DNA of 24,557 bases from a virus (Duplodnaviria > Caudoviricetes). Each line of letters opens with the position of its first letter. Within the stretch, counting starts at the first letter, position 1. Made by a program: the position numbers and the translations under genes. The notes under the pieces were generated by a model, which saw only the letters and a list, made by a program, of their open reading frames with translations, was not told where the DNA came from and did not search any database. The stretch lies in IMG/VR virus record IMGVR_UViG_3300044966_000262, positions 1 to 24,557 of that record. The stretch is one strand, 5' to 3'. Shown here piece by piece: positions 1-8,820 of the stretch.

Positions 1-300
1 ACGCAACTGCTGCATGTGGTCCGGGGTGACCATCTCGATCAGGTAGCCGAGCGATTCCCGGCTGATGATCGACAGGATCTCCTCGCAGTCCGACGGCAGC
101 GCCACCCACGACTGGCCGTTGACGAGGGAAACGAACTTGCTGGTCCGCTCCCTGAACCGCCACGGCCTGCTGAACAGGTGCTGCCCCGCCTGATTGACGA
201 TCTCGGCGAGGCGTGCGTTGCGCGTCTGCCCCGGCGCGAGCGACGGATAGCCGCCGACGGACAGGATCGCGTGGTTCTTGGCTTCCGAGAAGGTCGGCAT
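1..300 (-). CDS. Putative head-to-tail adaptor/connector protein (partial, runs off left edge; not in the ORF track)
   Basis: Manual translation from ATG at 300: MPTFSEAKNHAILSVGGYPSLAPGQTRNARLAEIVNQAGQHLFSRPWRFRERTSKFVSLVNGQSWVALPSDCEEILSII..., open to base 1. The W-x-F...L-x-x-G...LP-x-D pattern and the position after capsid and decoration genes fit phage adaptor proteins. Confidence 0.65.
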   Translation of the reverse strand, partial: MPTFSEAKNHAILSVGGYPSLAPGQTRNARLAEIVNQAGQHLFSRPWRFRERTSKFVSLVNGQSWVALPSDCEEILSIISRESLGYLIEMVTPDHMQQLR

Positions 301-306
301 CGAATT

Positions 307-334
307 CCGCCCGGGGGGTTTCCCCCCCGAGCGG
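307..334 (-). terminator. 12-bp hairpin with GAAA tetraloop between decoration and adaptor genes (attenuator or processing site)
   Basis: Minus strand CCGCTCGGGGGG-GAAA-CCCCCCGGGCGG; no long U-tract; ends 6 nt before the adaptor ATG. Confidence 0.5.
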
Positions 335-352
335 GTGAGTTCAAGTCACGAA

Positions 353-856
353 TCAGACATCCGCGTAGAACCACAGGCCCGAACCGACCAACACGTTGAC
401 CGTGGTGGTGTTTCCGGCCGTCACCGACCCGAGCGAGATCGCCGCCGGGTAGGTGCTGGTGGCCGCAGCCGGGTTGCCGAACGCGCCAGCGCCGTCGGAG
501 ATCGACAGGACGGTGCCCATGACCACGTTGGCCGTGGTCGCGGTCACCTTCGCTGCGACGACTCCTCCGAACTGGACCGTCACTTCGGTGCCGATCCCGC
601 CAGCCTCCGATCCGAGTTCGGTCACCACGCCGATGTAGCCCGGCGTGGAGGTGTTGCCGTCGGCGAGGACGACGCAGGCGAACGGGGTGAGGGACTGCTG
701 GGCGACCGTGGTCGCCGGGTAGACGGCGCTGGTGTGGGCAAACGAGGTCACGACCACGTCGCCGATGGCGAGCGCGGCAGCGGCCTTGTTGATCACGCGG
801 GCCGTGTGGCCGTGCGGCTGGACGCCGACCGGGCCGTTGGTGGGAGCAAGGATCAT
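353..856 (-). CDS. Putative capsid decoration/cement protein
   Basis: 167 aa, rich in Ala/Thr/Val/Gly, directly after the major capsid gene; upstream RBS AGAAAGG. Confidence 0.6.
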   Translation of the reverse strand: MILAPTNGPVGVQPHGHTARVINKAAAALAIGDVVVTSFAHTSAVYPATTVAQQSLTPFACVVLADGNTSTPGYIGVVTELGSEAGGIGTEVTVQFGGVVAAKVTATTANVVMGTVLSISDGAGAFGNPAAATSTYPAAISLGSVTAGNTTTVNVLVGSGLWFYADV

Positions 857-881
857 TGTGTGTGCCTTTCTATTGGGAGAT

Positions 882-909
882 CGTGGGGGCGGCCGGGGCC
901 GCCCCCACG
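882..909. terminator. Perfect 12-bp GC stem-loop after the major capsid gene
   Basis: CGTGGGGGCGGC-CGGG-GCCGCCCCCACG; intergenic; no U-tract, so terminator versus mRNA stabiliser is unresolved. Confidence 0.5.
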
Positions 910-916
910 GGGTTCA

Positions 917-2227
917 TCACGCGAGGTCGCGCTTGAGCGGGGCGACGATGCCCATGCGCTGGCGGCTGTTGCAGAACAGGTTCCACCAGCAGTCCACCAC
1001 CTGAACGTAGGTGAAGGGCTGGTTGGGGTGCTTCATCACGTCGTGCTTCGAGAAGTAGCGGCGGCTGTGGTAGATCGGGGTCAGGTAGTTGCCGTTGACC
1101 CAGTAGTACCGCGCACCCGGGTCGGTCGCCGCCGTCTCGGTGGCACCAGCGGTGGCGCTTGCCGCAGCATCCAGCGCGCCCGTGGATGATGTGCGTACGG
1201 CCGTTCCGGGGAAGATCGCCGCCGTGTCGAGGTTCGAGCAGTACATCAGTTCGATGCCCGAGTACGACGGGTTGTTGTACGCCGGATCCTGATAGGAAAC
1301 CAGCGTGTCGTTCGACGCCCGCAGCGCCTGCTTGTACTGGTTGATGCCCAGACGCGAGCAGAGGATCATCTGCCGCTGGAGGCTGGGCTTCTCGAAGTAC
1401 TCCTGCTTGGTGCTGGGGGGCGTGAACTGGACCTTCAGGAACATGTCGTCGAACGCCGTGATGAGGCCACCGCTCTCGGCCGAGTAGGTCGTCGCGGTTT
1501 CGTCACGGACGTTGTCGATCCCCGACACGGTCTCGCGGGCCTTGTTGGGCGTCGCGGCCGTGTTGTAGTAGGAGATCTGGTTCGTCCAGCGGTCCTCGCC
1601 CGTCGTCGTGGACGACGTGTGGTTGTTGGACAGGTTCATCACGCTGGTCCAGCCCATCGGCGTCGAGCCACGGATGCCGAAGGCGTTGTTGAAGTCCGGC
1701 ACCTCGGTGATGAACGCGGGCAGCGAGAACGGCAACTTGCCGCCCGAGCCCTCCATCTCCGCGAAGTTCCCGAACGGCGTCCGCCACAGGTCGTCCTCGA
1801 AGCCGTTGAGCAGCGAGGTCCACATCCGCTGCTCCTTCTGCCGCTTCAGGCGCTTGTACTGCGCCTTGACGTAGTCGCGCCCGGCACCCTCGCCGGAGTT
1901 CAGTTCGACCTCGTGGTCGGTCCACGACATGTGGTCGATCGAGAAGCGCCACGGGCACTTGATCGTGTCCAGCACCTGCGCGTTGCGCCAGTTGAACGTG
2001 TCGTTCGGCAGGTAGTGGTCGTAGGTGGACGAGTCATCGAACATGATGACATCGCGGATCTCGTTGCCGCCCTGAATGGTGGCCTCCGAGGTCTTGTCCT
2101 TGAGGAGCCGCGAGAACGCATAGGTGTTCTTGACGGCCTCGTTGATGACGGCATCGGCCGAGGTCAGGTAGGTCGGCCCGGTGGCCGCCATGAAGTCATT
2201 GAAGGTCTGGAGGGGAGTCCCTGCCAT
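917..2227 (-). CDS. Major capsid protein
   Basis: 436 aa following portal and an acidic scaffold. N-terminal 'IQGGNEIRDVIMF...PWRF' and C-terminal 'NLFCNSRQRMGIV' resemble HK97-fold capsids of environmental podo-like phages; strong GC3 codon bias. Confidence 0.8.
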   Translation of the reverse strand: MAGTPLQTFNDFMAATGPTYLTSADAVINEAVKNTYAFSRLLKDKTSEATIQGGNEIRDVIMFDDSSTYDHYLPNDTFNWRNAQVLDTIKCPWRFSIDHMSWTDHEVELNSGEGAGRDYVKAQYKRLKRQKEQRMWTSLLNGFEDDLWRTPFGNFAEMEGSGGKLPFSLPAFITEVPDFNNAFGIRGSTPMGWTSVMNLSNNHTSSTTTGEDRWTNQISYYNTAATPNKARETVSGIDNVRDETATTYSAESGGLITAFDDMFLKVQFTPPSTKQEYFEKPSLQRQMILCSRLGINQYKQALRASNDTLVSYQDPAYNNPSYSGIELMYCSNLDTAAIFPGTAVRTSSTGALDAAASATAGATETAATDPGARYYWVNGNYLTPIYHSRRYFSKHDVMKHPNQPFTYVQVVDCWWNLFCNSRQRMGIVAPLKRDLA

Positions 2228-2234
2228 TGGAGTT

Positions 2235-3170
2235 TCACTTTCTTGTCAACCGCACTGCCTCGTCCCGGGTCTTGCCCTCCAGAAGCGCATCGAGGATCGC
2301 GTCCTCGGCATCGAACGGCGTCTTCGGGCGCTCCGAGCGAGACACGCCGCGAACGGCGGTCGGCTGCGTTGCCTTCCGTGCCTGTGCCGGGGATGCGACC
2401 TGTCCTGCGAGGCTGGAGAACGCCTCCTGAGCGAGGTGCATGACGGTGGGGTAGGTTCCGGGTTTCGATGCCCCGAGGCGGTCCATCTCGGCGATCACGG
2501 CTTCCCGCGTGGGGGACTTGCCCCCGTACTGGGCCGTGAACCACGAGACGGCTGAATCCACCTGAGACATCAACGATTGCTCCGCCGCCTTCTGCTGCGC
2601 GGTGCGGAGTTCGGCGAGTTCGGCACGCATCGCCTTGAGGGGCTTTGCGGCTTCCTCGCCAAGCAGTTCCGTGACCTCGGAGAACGGGTCTTCCGCCTCT
2701 TGGGACTCGGCCTTCGGCTTCGAGGGTTCGGCGTCGTCAACGTCGTCCTCGATGTCGTCGTCCTCGCCCGGCGGCTCCGTGCCTGCCTTGGCCTTCAACT
2801 GCTTCTCCAACTCGGCCATCTTCTTGCCGTAGCCATCGACATCCTTCTGCCGCTTGGAAGCCTTGTCGGCCCAAGCGCGGAGGGTTGCGTCGTCGGCGGA
2901 CATGATGACCTGCTCGGGCACGCCGTCCCTCTTCAGGACGCCTGCCCACTTCTCCCGGTCGGGCGACGCGATGGTCGCCACCGGGATCTCATCGCGTGGT
3001 TCGACGGGGGCAGGAGCCTCATCGGGCTCCTCGATCGCCTCCGGTTCGTCGTCACGCGACAGCAGCCGATCAAGAATGGCGTCGTCGTGATCGACGGCGC
3101 TGGCCTTGTCGGCCACGATGGGGTTCGCCTCGGCTGGTGCCTCGGCCTCGATGACGTTGGGTTCACTCAT
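2235..3170 (-). CDS. Putative capsid scaffolding protein
   Basis: 311 aa, highly acidic, low complexity with coiled-coil stretches, directly upstream of the major capsid gene. Confidence 0.7.
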   Translation of the reverse strand: MSEPNVIEAEAPAEANPIVADKASAVDHDDAILDRLLSRDDEPEAIEEPDEAPAPVEPRDEIPVATIASPDREKWAGVLKRDGVPEQVIMSADDATLRAWADKASKRQKDVDGYGKKMAELEKQLKAKAGTEPPGEDDDIEDDVDDAEPSKPKAESQEAEDPFSEVTELLGEEAAKPLKAMRAELAELRTAQQKAAEQSLMSQVDSAVSWFTAQYGGKSPTREAVIAEMDRLGASKPGTYPTVMHLAQEAFSSLAGQVASPAQARKATQPTAVRGVSRSERPKTPFDAEDAILDALLEGKTRDEAVRLTRK

Positions 3171-3176
3171 GGTGTC

Positions 3177-3473
3177 CTAGTCCTTCTCAAATCCATGCTG
3201 TGCCATGACGTTGCGCTCATGGCGGCGCGACTCGATGATGGGCTTGCCCTGACGGTTCGTCCTGCACCCGGGCAAGCGCCGGGGAAGGGCGTTGGAGACG
3301 TACGGGTACTGCGACCTGTTCGTCGCCGAATCGACCTGAAATGCGGAGATGAGCCGCGTCAGACGCACACCATCGACCTCGACGGTTGATCCGATCGCTG
3401 GCGCAGCGGCCATCGAGAAGTGCCTCTCGACCACGCGCCCCGTGGCCTCGTCGCGGAAAGCATAAATCGGCAT
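3177..3473 (-). CDS. FmdB-like small protein (Cys-less variant)
   Basis: Start reassigned to MPIYAFRDEATGRVVERHFSM (98 aa). It resembles the MPxYxYxCxxCG..E N-terminus of FmdB zinc ribbons, with the cysteines replaced; such genes often follow the portal. Confidence 0.55.
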   Translation of the reverse strand: MPIYAFRDEATGRVVERHFSMAAAPAIGSTVEVDGVRLTRLISAFQVDSATNRSQYPYVSNALPRRLPGCRTNRQGKPIIESRRHERNVMAQHGFEKD

Positions 3474-3475
3474 CG

Positions 3476-5206
3476 CTACTTTCCCCTGTTTCTTCCAAGA
3501 ACTTGTGCAATCGACTCGGACGGCGACTTGCCGCCCTGTGGTGCAGACACCACAGGCTGCTGCTGCATCTGCTGCACCTTCTGGTCGTCGATCATGTCGG
3601 CGAGGTTTGGGATGTTCATGGCGTCGCCGACGATCGACATGACTTCCTTCCACTTGACGTGGGGGCTCGCCACCACCGCCTGCGACAGCGTCCCCACCAG
3701 TTGCAGGAGTTCCATCGCCCGCTTCTGCATGACGATGTCGGATACCCGCTCCATGCTCATCACGTCGATGTCGATGTCGAGGTCGTCGAACAGCCCGACC
3801 ATCGCCCGTGGGCTGAAGATCGGCTCCGGCTCACGCATGATCACCATACCGTCCTCGCCGAGCGGGAACGTCACCTTCTGGTCGTGGAACAGGAACCACG
3901 CCACGTTCCTCATCACCTCGTTCACCTGCTCGCTGAACTGGCGCTTCAGGTGCGCCATCCGCAGGCCGCTGGCGCTCTCGGCGATCGAGATCTCCGTCGC
4001 CGTCGCCTGACCCGTCACGTTCCCGCGCATGGCGTCGTGGATGCCGCTGACGCGGTCGAGCCTGTCCTGCGCCATCCCCGAGTACTGCACCTGCTGGGCC
4101 GTGATCCCGCCAACCTCAAACGGCACCACCTGCGTGGGGTCGATGCCGTCGGCAAGCACGACATAGAGGTCGTCCCTGTCACGCAAGTCCTGAGCCAACT
4201 TGGAGTTACGGCTGTCAACGGCCACCACGCGCTTGTATGCGCTCGCCGAGTACCGCATCGAGCGAAGGTGCGCGTTGACATCGTCCATCTGCGGCACGAT
4301 GCACACGATCGGCGACAGCGGGTACGGGTCGTCCGGCACCGTGTACGCCCCGAAGACCGTGTACGGACCCGTCCTCGGCCCCCAGTAGGGGCGCGGCGCA
4401 CGCACGAACCCGACGTTCGCCGCCTCGCCCTTCGCCTGCCCCTTCAGCATGGTGTAGATCGTGCCGTTGAACATCGAGAGCCCGGTCGCCTCGTCCACCT
4501 CCTCCGAGTCCTCGTCCCTCACCTCCGGCACGAAGACCTCGTAGACGACCAGTTCCTTGCGGTCGGGGATCTCGCGCTTGCGGCCCTCGTCCGCCCGGAC
4601 CTCGTCAACGCCCGCGTTCTCGCCGATGGCGACGATCGCGTCCATGTCCCAGCCCTCCTCGCGCTGGGCCTGCTCGACGAGATCGTCCTTGTCCACCACC
4701 CAGCAATGGCCCATGTACCGAACGTCCTCGACGTTCGACGCCGCCGGGTCCATGAAGAACCTGTCCGGGCTGATGCGGTAGACGCGAGGAAGCCACGGAT
4801 CCTGACCGTCAGGCGACCTGTAGCCCTTGCGGGGCTCGTTCACCACCATCGCCACGCCATACCCAAGCAGCATGTCGGTGGCGATCCGCTCCAGCGTGTT
4901 GCGGAGTTTGGTCATCTTCGTCCAGCGGTTCAGGCCGACCTGAAGCACGCCAGCCGTCAACGACTGCGACACCGGACGGGAGGACCGCACCCGGACCTTC
5001 GGCGAGTCGTGGATGATCCTCGGCAGGATCAGCGACACGTACTCATGCACGAAGTTCTCCGGGTCGTCCTGCCCGTCCGCCGTCCCACGGAACGCAGGCC
5101 CGTGGTACCGCTCGATCAGACGCCGCCACTCCGTGAGGTGCTGGTCGCGGAAATCCTCCGCAGCCTCCACCTCCCGCATCAACGAACGAAGATCGAGCCG
5201 CAGCAT
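3476..5206 (-). CDS. Portal protein
   Basis: 576 aa between terminase and scaffold/capsid; motifs 'RISPDRFFMDP', 'RVSGIHDAMRG...ATATE' and a Gln-rich tail are typical of P22/T7-like portals. Confidence 0.85.
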   Translation of the reverse strand: MLRLDLRSLMREVEAAEDFRDQHLTEWRRLIERYHGPAFRGTADGQDDPENFVHEYVSLILPRIIHDSPKVRVRSSRPVSQSLTAGVLQVGLNRWTKMTKLRNTLERIATDMLLGYGVAMVVNEPRKGYRSPDGQDPWLPRVYRISPDRFFMDPAASNVEDVRYMGHCWVVDKDDLVEQAQREEGWDMDAIVAIGENAGVDEVRADEGRKREIPDRKELVVYEVFVPEVRDEDSEEVDEATGLSMFNGTIYTMLKGQAKGEAANVGFVRAPRPYWGPRTGPYTVFGAYTVPDDPYPLSPIVCIVPQMDDVNAHLRSMRYSASAYKRVVAVDSRNSKLAQDLRDRDDLYVVLADGIDPTQVVPFEVGGITAQQVQYSGMAQDRLDRVSGIHDAMRGNVTGQATATEISIAESASGLRMAHLKRQFSEQVNEVMRNVAWFLFHDQKVTFPLGEDGMVIMREPEPIFSPRAMVGLFDDLDIDIDVMSMERVSDIVMQKRAMELLQLVGTLSQAVVASPHVKWKEVMSIVGDAMNIPNLADMIDDQKVQQMQQQPVVSAPQGGKSPSESIAQVLGRNRGK

Positions 5207-5208
5207 CG

Positions 5209-5361
5209 TCAGCGCCCCTTCCTTCCGCCACCCATGCCACCGCCCATGCCGCCGCCCTTGCCACCGCCCATCCCGCCGCCGTGGCCGTAGCGGCTACCTG
5301 CCGACTTTCCGCCTCGGGAACGGGGGGACGACTTCATCGACTTCTTCTTGCTTCCGTACAT
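5209..5361 (-). CDS. Gly/Lys-rich 50-aa basic peptide
   Basis: MYGSKKKSMKSSPRSRGGKSAGSRYGHGGGMGGGKGGGMGGGMGGGRKGR; purine-rich RBS; stop 2 nt before the portal ATG; overlaps the preceding ORF by 68 bp. Confidence 0.5.
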   Translation of the reverse strand: MYGSKKKSMKSSPRSRGGKSAGSRYGHGGGMGGGKGGGMGGGMGGGRKGR

Positions 5362-5557
5362 GGCTCTCTTCCTTCGCGGGCTGCGCCCGCACCTTGGGTT
5401 CCTCAAGCACCAGCGCACGCAACGCCCTCGCGTCCGCGCCGCTGCACACGAACCGATCGCGGTCGCCGACGAACACGACGATCGCGTCTCCGTTGTCCTC
5501 GCACCACTTCACCGAAGCGAGCGGCACGAGGATCCTGCCTGCACAGCGGATCAGCAC
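5294..5557 (-). CDS. Hypothetical protein (87 aa, GTG start)
   Basis: (M)LIRCAGRILVPLASVKWCEDNGDAIVVFVGDRDRFVCSG... has globular-looking composition; the start overlaps the upstream micro-ORF end. Confidence 0.55.
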   Translation of the reverse strand: MLIRCAGRILVPLASVKWCEDNGDAIVVFVGDRDRFVCSGADARALRALVLEEPKVRAQPAKEESHVRKQEEVDEVVPPFPRRKVGR

Positions 5558-5589
5558 TTCTTGCCGCCCTTCTTCTTGGACTTCTTCAC
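5551..5589 (-). CDS. 12-aa Lys-rich micropeptide MKKSKKKGGKKC
   Basis: GTG start overlaps the upstream TGA (GTGA), with GGAGG RBS 7 nt upstream; it fills the gap exactly. Confidence 0.4.
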   Translation of the reverse strand: MKKSKKKGGKKC

Positions 5590-5723
5590 TTGCGGCCTCC
5601 CTTCTTCTTCGCGACACGCTCCGGCAGGCGCTTCGTGGACGAGGTCTTCTTCGCCCACTTCTTCGCCGTCTTCGGCATCGTCGCGAACATGAACCGCTGC
5701 TGGGCCTTGCTCTTGAAAGGCAT
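5586..5723 (-). CDS. 45-aa basic peptide MPFKSKAQQRFMFATMPKTAKKWAKKTSSTKRLPERVAKKKGGRK
   Basis: TGATG translational coupling to the upstream gene; MPFKSxAQ-type N-terminus recurs among small phage genes; below the ORF-track cutoff. Confidence 0.7.
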   Translation of the reverse strand: MPFKSKAQQRFMFATMPKTAKKWAKKTSSTKRLPERVAKKKGGRK

Positions 5724-5833
5724 CAGCGGCCCTTCTTCTTCGCCATCGACTTGCCAGTCTTCTTGGCGTAGGCCGCAGCCTGCATCTTGCCCATCTTCGT
5801 GTACGGGAACGACTTCTTTCCTACCTTCGGCAT
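5723..5833 (-). CDS. 36-aa basic peptide MPKVGKKSFPYTKMGKMQAAAYAKKTGKSMAKKKGR
   Basis: TGATG coupling at both ends; Lys codons all AAG, consistent with genome bias. Confidence 0.7.
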   Translation of the reverse strand: MPKVGKKSFPYTKMGKMQAAAYAKKTGKSMAKKKGR

Positions 5834-5964
5834 CACTTGCTCTTCTTCCAGCCGCTCTTCATGGCGGCGTATGACTTCGCGCTCACGGTTGACTGCGACT
5901 TGGGGCGCGAGATCCCAAGACGCTTGCGACGGTTGATGTTGCCCACCAGCGAGTTCTTCGCCAT
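5833..5964 (-). CDS. 43-aa basic peptide MAKNSLVGNINRRKRLGISRPKSQSTVSAKSYAAMKSGWKKSK
   Basis: Starts 1 nt after the previous stop and ends in TGATG coupling. Confidence 0.7.
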   Translation of the reverse strand: MAKNSLVGNINRRKRLGISRPKSQSTVSAKSYAAMKSGWKKSK

Positions 5965-5965
5965 G

Positions 5966-6310
5966 TCATTGCACCTTCTGCACGAGATTCATCGGAACCG
6001 ACGAGAACGGAGACTTGCCCTCCGACATCATCTTGCGGGCATGGGCGATCGCCTTGCGGATGATCGCCTCGTTGGGCATCTCGCCGTACTCCGATGCCAC
6101 GAGAACCTGATCGATCTCCTCGCGGCTCATGCCCGGGACCAGCGTCGGAATCTGAACCTCCTTGCCGTCGATGTCCACGCCGACCGAGTACTCGGTGACC
6201 TCCTCGCCCGACTTGTTGCGGAACGGGCCAAGCCATCCGGCACCCTTCGCCGTGCCGTCGGCACGCTGCGTCTGCGGGTCGAACCTCGCGATCATCGGCG
6301 GTATCTGCAT
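5966..6310 (-). CDS. Hypothetical protein (114 aa)
   Basis: Start reassigned to MQIPPMIARF, 1 nt after the upstream stop; motifs RADGTAKGAGWLG, TEYSVGV, IPTLVP and GKSPF; typical codon usage. Confidence 0.7.
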   Translation of the reverse strand: MQIPPMIARFDPQTQRADGTAKGAGWLGPFRNKSGEEVTEYSVGVDIDGKEVQIPTLVPGMSREEIDQVLVASEYGEMPNEAIIRKAIAHARKMMSEGKSPFSSVPMNLVQKVQ

Positions 6311-6311
6311 C

Positions 6312-6545
6312 TCAGCACCCCCACCTCTTTCTCGCGGCCTTGCCGCGCTCGCCCGTCCACGACCTCGACCTCGCACAGAACGACTTGTGCCTCGGATTGT
6401 CCTTGTCCTTCGTCGGTGCCTGCAACTTCGAGCCCGTGGCACGGTTGTACCGCGCCCGGCCCTTCGCCGTCAGGCCCGCACCCTTGGAAACAGGCAACTT
6501 CTCCCCGCGACCCACCGCCAGACTCGGCCCGCGCTTCCTAGCCAT
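6312..6545 (-). CDS. Small basic protein (DUF6321-like)
   Basis: 77 aa with GLTAKGRARYNRATGSKL..RHKSFCAR..ARKRWGC, a pattern recalled from DUF6321 phage proteins; start overlaps the terminase stop. Confidence 0.6.
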   Translation of the reverse strand: MARKRGPSLAVGRGEKLPVSKGAGLTAKGRARYNRATGSKLQAPTKDKDNPRHKSFCARSRSWTGERGKAARKRWGC

Positions 6546-8283
6546 TGATGACCTCCTCGTGCTTCAGGATGCTCCCCAACGTGTCGCCACCGTACATCGG
6601 CTCCTCCTCAACCGGGGCTCCCGCCTCGTCGCAAAGCAGCAGCGCCCCAGCACACGCGATCACACGGTCGCCGTGCGACTCCCTCGCCCCGCTCGAATCG
6701 TCACGCCTCGACCCCGCCTCGATGCTGCCATCGTCAAGCACCACATATTCGAGCATCTCGTCGAGGCACTCGCCGCTCGGCACCACACACTCGCCCTGAG
6801 CGATCGCCCGGCTGAGCCCGCCAAGCAGCGCCCGCTTCGCCCGCTTCGTGCTCGTCCAGCCCACCCGCATCGTCCGGCGCTCGTCCTTCGTCCCGTCCAC
6901 CCGCTGGCGGTAGATGTTGCGCCACCCGGCGCGCTCGAAGTCGTGGAACAACGACGCCCCGGGACCGTTCGTCTCCCAGCCGATCAGCGCCTCGCGCCGA
7001 CCACGCCACACCCGGCGCATCGCCTGCGCCACCTCCAAGGCAAGGTCGTAGGTCGGGATGTTCGGATCCACGAACTCCGCCACCACGCGCCGGGCCTGAG
7101 CGTCCATGACACACGCCACCGCGTTCGCGCTGCCCGTCCCGTACGACGGGTCGAGGAACACCACATAGTCCGCCACGCGGTCAGGCTCGCCCCACACGCG
7201 CCACCTGCCCTGCGGCGACGGCTCCAGCCTGCCCTTCACCACCTCGCACCGCCTCGGCTCGGCGGCGTTCTCGTCGCGGTGGTTCGTGATCGCCAGCGCC
7301 GAGAAGAACGACGCGCCGCTGCCGATGTTCTCGGCGAACACGTTCTGCGCGAGGTCGATGCGGTCGCGGCGCGGCAACTGGTCCGCGAGCCACGGCGTCC
7401 ACACATACCGCGCACCGACGAACCCCGTCACGCTGCCGTCGATGTCCTCGCGGTCCTCGCGGCCCGCGCCCTTCTCGGGGTGCTGCCAGTACATCAACTC
7501 GACGAGCCGTGGATCGCCGGAGGTCCGCGCCTTCGACACGAGCCGTGCGTACTCGGTGCCCGCGCCGATCGGCGTCGAGACGGCGATGCGGCACGATGTG
7601 GTGTCGGCGGCGGAGCGCCACGCGGCGTCCGCGTTGTCGAGCGCGGCGAACTCGTCGAACACCACGAGCGTCCGGCGGTCGCCGCGCCCGATGTGTTCGG
7701 TGCTGGCCTGCCCGGTGATCGTCGCGCCGCTCTCGGGGTGACGCAGCATCAGGTGCTGCCTGTACGCGCCGCCCTTCTTGAACTCGTCCGCCTTCGCTGG
7801 CAGCAGCCACCCGGGCTGCGAGGCGAGGAGGTAGTCCAACTTCCAGTACAGCGAGCCGGGGTCGCCCGTGCGATCGACGAGATCCTCGACACGCGACACC
7901 ATGAGCGCCTGCCATGCGTGGAACTGCCAGCCCCACAGCGAGACGGCGGAGAGGAGCCACGACGCGCCCATGTCGCGTGTCTTGCGAACGATCACATCGC
8001 GGCCCTCGCGGACGCACTCGATGATCGAGTCGGCGGCGGCGACCTGACACGGCCACAGGACGAACGGCGTGTGCGGGTACTCGACCGGACGCTCGCGTCC
8101 ATCGAGCGCGATCTCCTTCACGCGGTATGTCCACGCGCACGACTCGCACCACAGCGCGAAGTCCGATGCGAACGCGGCGCGTAGATGCGGCTGCTCCTTC
8201 GCGGTCGCGCCGTACACGCGCTCGCGCAGCGCCTTGATCCGCTCGTGTTCAGTTTGCGGTCGAGGTGATGCGGCCACGCGCAC
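6538..8283 (-). CDS. terL: Terminase large subunit
   Basis: 581 aa; 'LWPCQ' adenine-binding motif, 'VRKTRDMGASW' Walker A variant, 'LVVFDEFA' Walker B, 'VSTPIG' motif C, RNase H-like 'FLDPSYGTG' and 'HGDRVIA'. Confidence 0.93.
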   Translation of the reverse strand: MRVAASPRPQTEHERIKALRERVYGATAKEQPHLRAAFASDFALWCESCAWTYRVKEIALDGRERPVEYPHTPFVLWPCQVAAADSIIECVREGRDVIVRKTRDMGASWLLSAVSLWGWQFHAWQALMVSRVEDLVDRTGDPGSLYWKLDYLLASQPGWLLPAKADEFKKGGAYRQHLMLRHPESGATITGQASTEHIGRGDRRTLVVFDEFAALDNADAAWRSAADTTSCRIAVSTPIGAGTEYARLVSKARTSGDPRLVELMYWQHPEKGAGREDREDIDGSVTGFVGARYVWTPWLADQLPRRDRIDLAQNVFAENIGSGASFFSALAITNHRDENAAEPRRCEVVKGRLEPSPQGRWRVWGEPDRVADYVVFLDPSYGTGSANAVACVMDAQARRVVAEFVDPNIPTYDLALEVAQAMRRVWRGRREALIGWETNGPGASLFHDFERAGWRNIYRQRVDGTKDERRTMRVGWTSTKRAKRALLGGLSRAIAQGECVVPSGECLDEMLEYVVLDDGSIEAGSRRDDSSGARESHGDRVIACAGALLLCDEAGAPVEEEPMYGGDTLGSILKHEEVING

Positions 8284-8734
8284 CCCACTCGGCGAGGAAG
8301 CGCGAGCCCTGCGTGGACTCGCCGCTCTCGATCTTGATCGCGCCGCCGTTGGCCCCGGTGTGTTCGAGCGACACGCGCTCGCGGTACTTGTGCGGCTTCA
8401 ACGCCTTGAGCCGGAAGATCAGCAGCGTCATCGCGCTGCGGTCCATCTGCCGCTGGCCGTGGATCGCCTGCTCGGCAATCTTCTCCAGCCGATCTCCGAT
8501 GTCGCGATCGAGTGCTTCGAGCCGGGCGTGGAACTCGGGATCGCTGCGCCACCGGGACGGCGTGGTGGTCGCGACCCCGGCCATCGCACACGCCGTGTCC
8601 CAGCCGTTCTCGACCAGCGCCGAGAGGAAGACCTCTTTAGCGTGTGCAATTTCCCCTGCCGCGCTCTTGGGAGGACGCCCCGGCCCTCGCTTCTTCAGCG
8701 GGCTCGCAGGCTGTGCTGGGCTGGTCTCGGCCAT
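8249..8734 (-). CDS. terS: Terminase small subunit (putative), with N-terminal AT-hook-like motif
   Basis: Directly upstream of and overlapping terL. KRGPGRPPK, HTH-like 'ACAMAGV...RWRSDPEF', 'LLIFRLKALKPHKYRE' and 'EHTGANGGAIKIE' tail are typical of TerS. Start at 8734 (or 8746) preferred to 8857. Confidence 0.8.
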   Translation of the reverse strand: MAETSPAQPASPLKKRGPGRPPKSAAGEIAHAKEVFLSALVENGWDTACAMAGVATTTPSRWRSDPEFHARLEALDRDIGDRLEKIAEQAIHGQRQMDRSAMTLLIFRLKALKPHKYRERVSLEHTGANGGAIKIESGESTQGSRFLAEWGARGRITSTAN

Positions 8735-8791
8735 GCCGGGCTGCATACCACGATTCTGGAGAAATCTTGGAATTTCGTTGGAAAGTTGGGG

Positions 8792-8820
8792 TTGCACGGT
8801 GGCGCATCCCGATCTATGCT
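8792..8820 (+). promoter_or_regulatory. Sigma70-type promoter driving the plus-strand cassette operon
   Basis: TTGCAC (8792-8797), 17-nt spacer, TATGCT (8815-8820), preceded by an AT-rich tract in a GC-rich genome. Confidence 0.75.

Noticed and set aside
5225-5285. GCCRCCGCCCAT-like 12-bp tandem repeat
   Set aside because: Explained as coding for GGGM/GGGK repeats in the Gly-rich peptide; not an independent element.
3547-7604. Isolated CACCACA/TGTGGTG 7-mers within portal and terminase genes
   Set aside because: Single half-sites in coding sequence without partner or promoter; several are expected by chance in 24 kb.
3386-8184. Long plus-strand ORFs (3386-5290, 6340-8184)
   Set aside because: Antisense shadows of the portal and terminase genes caused by high GC3; Arg/His/Pro-rich with no motifs.
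8742-8775. Possible minus-strand promoter for terS (TGG-TATGCA)
   Set aside because: The -10 lacks the conserved final T and no -35 sits at proper spacing; too weak to call.
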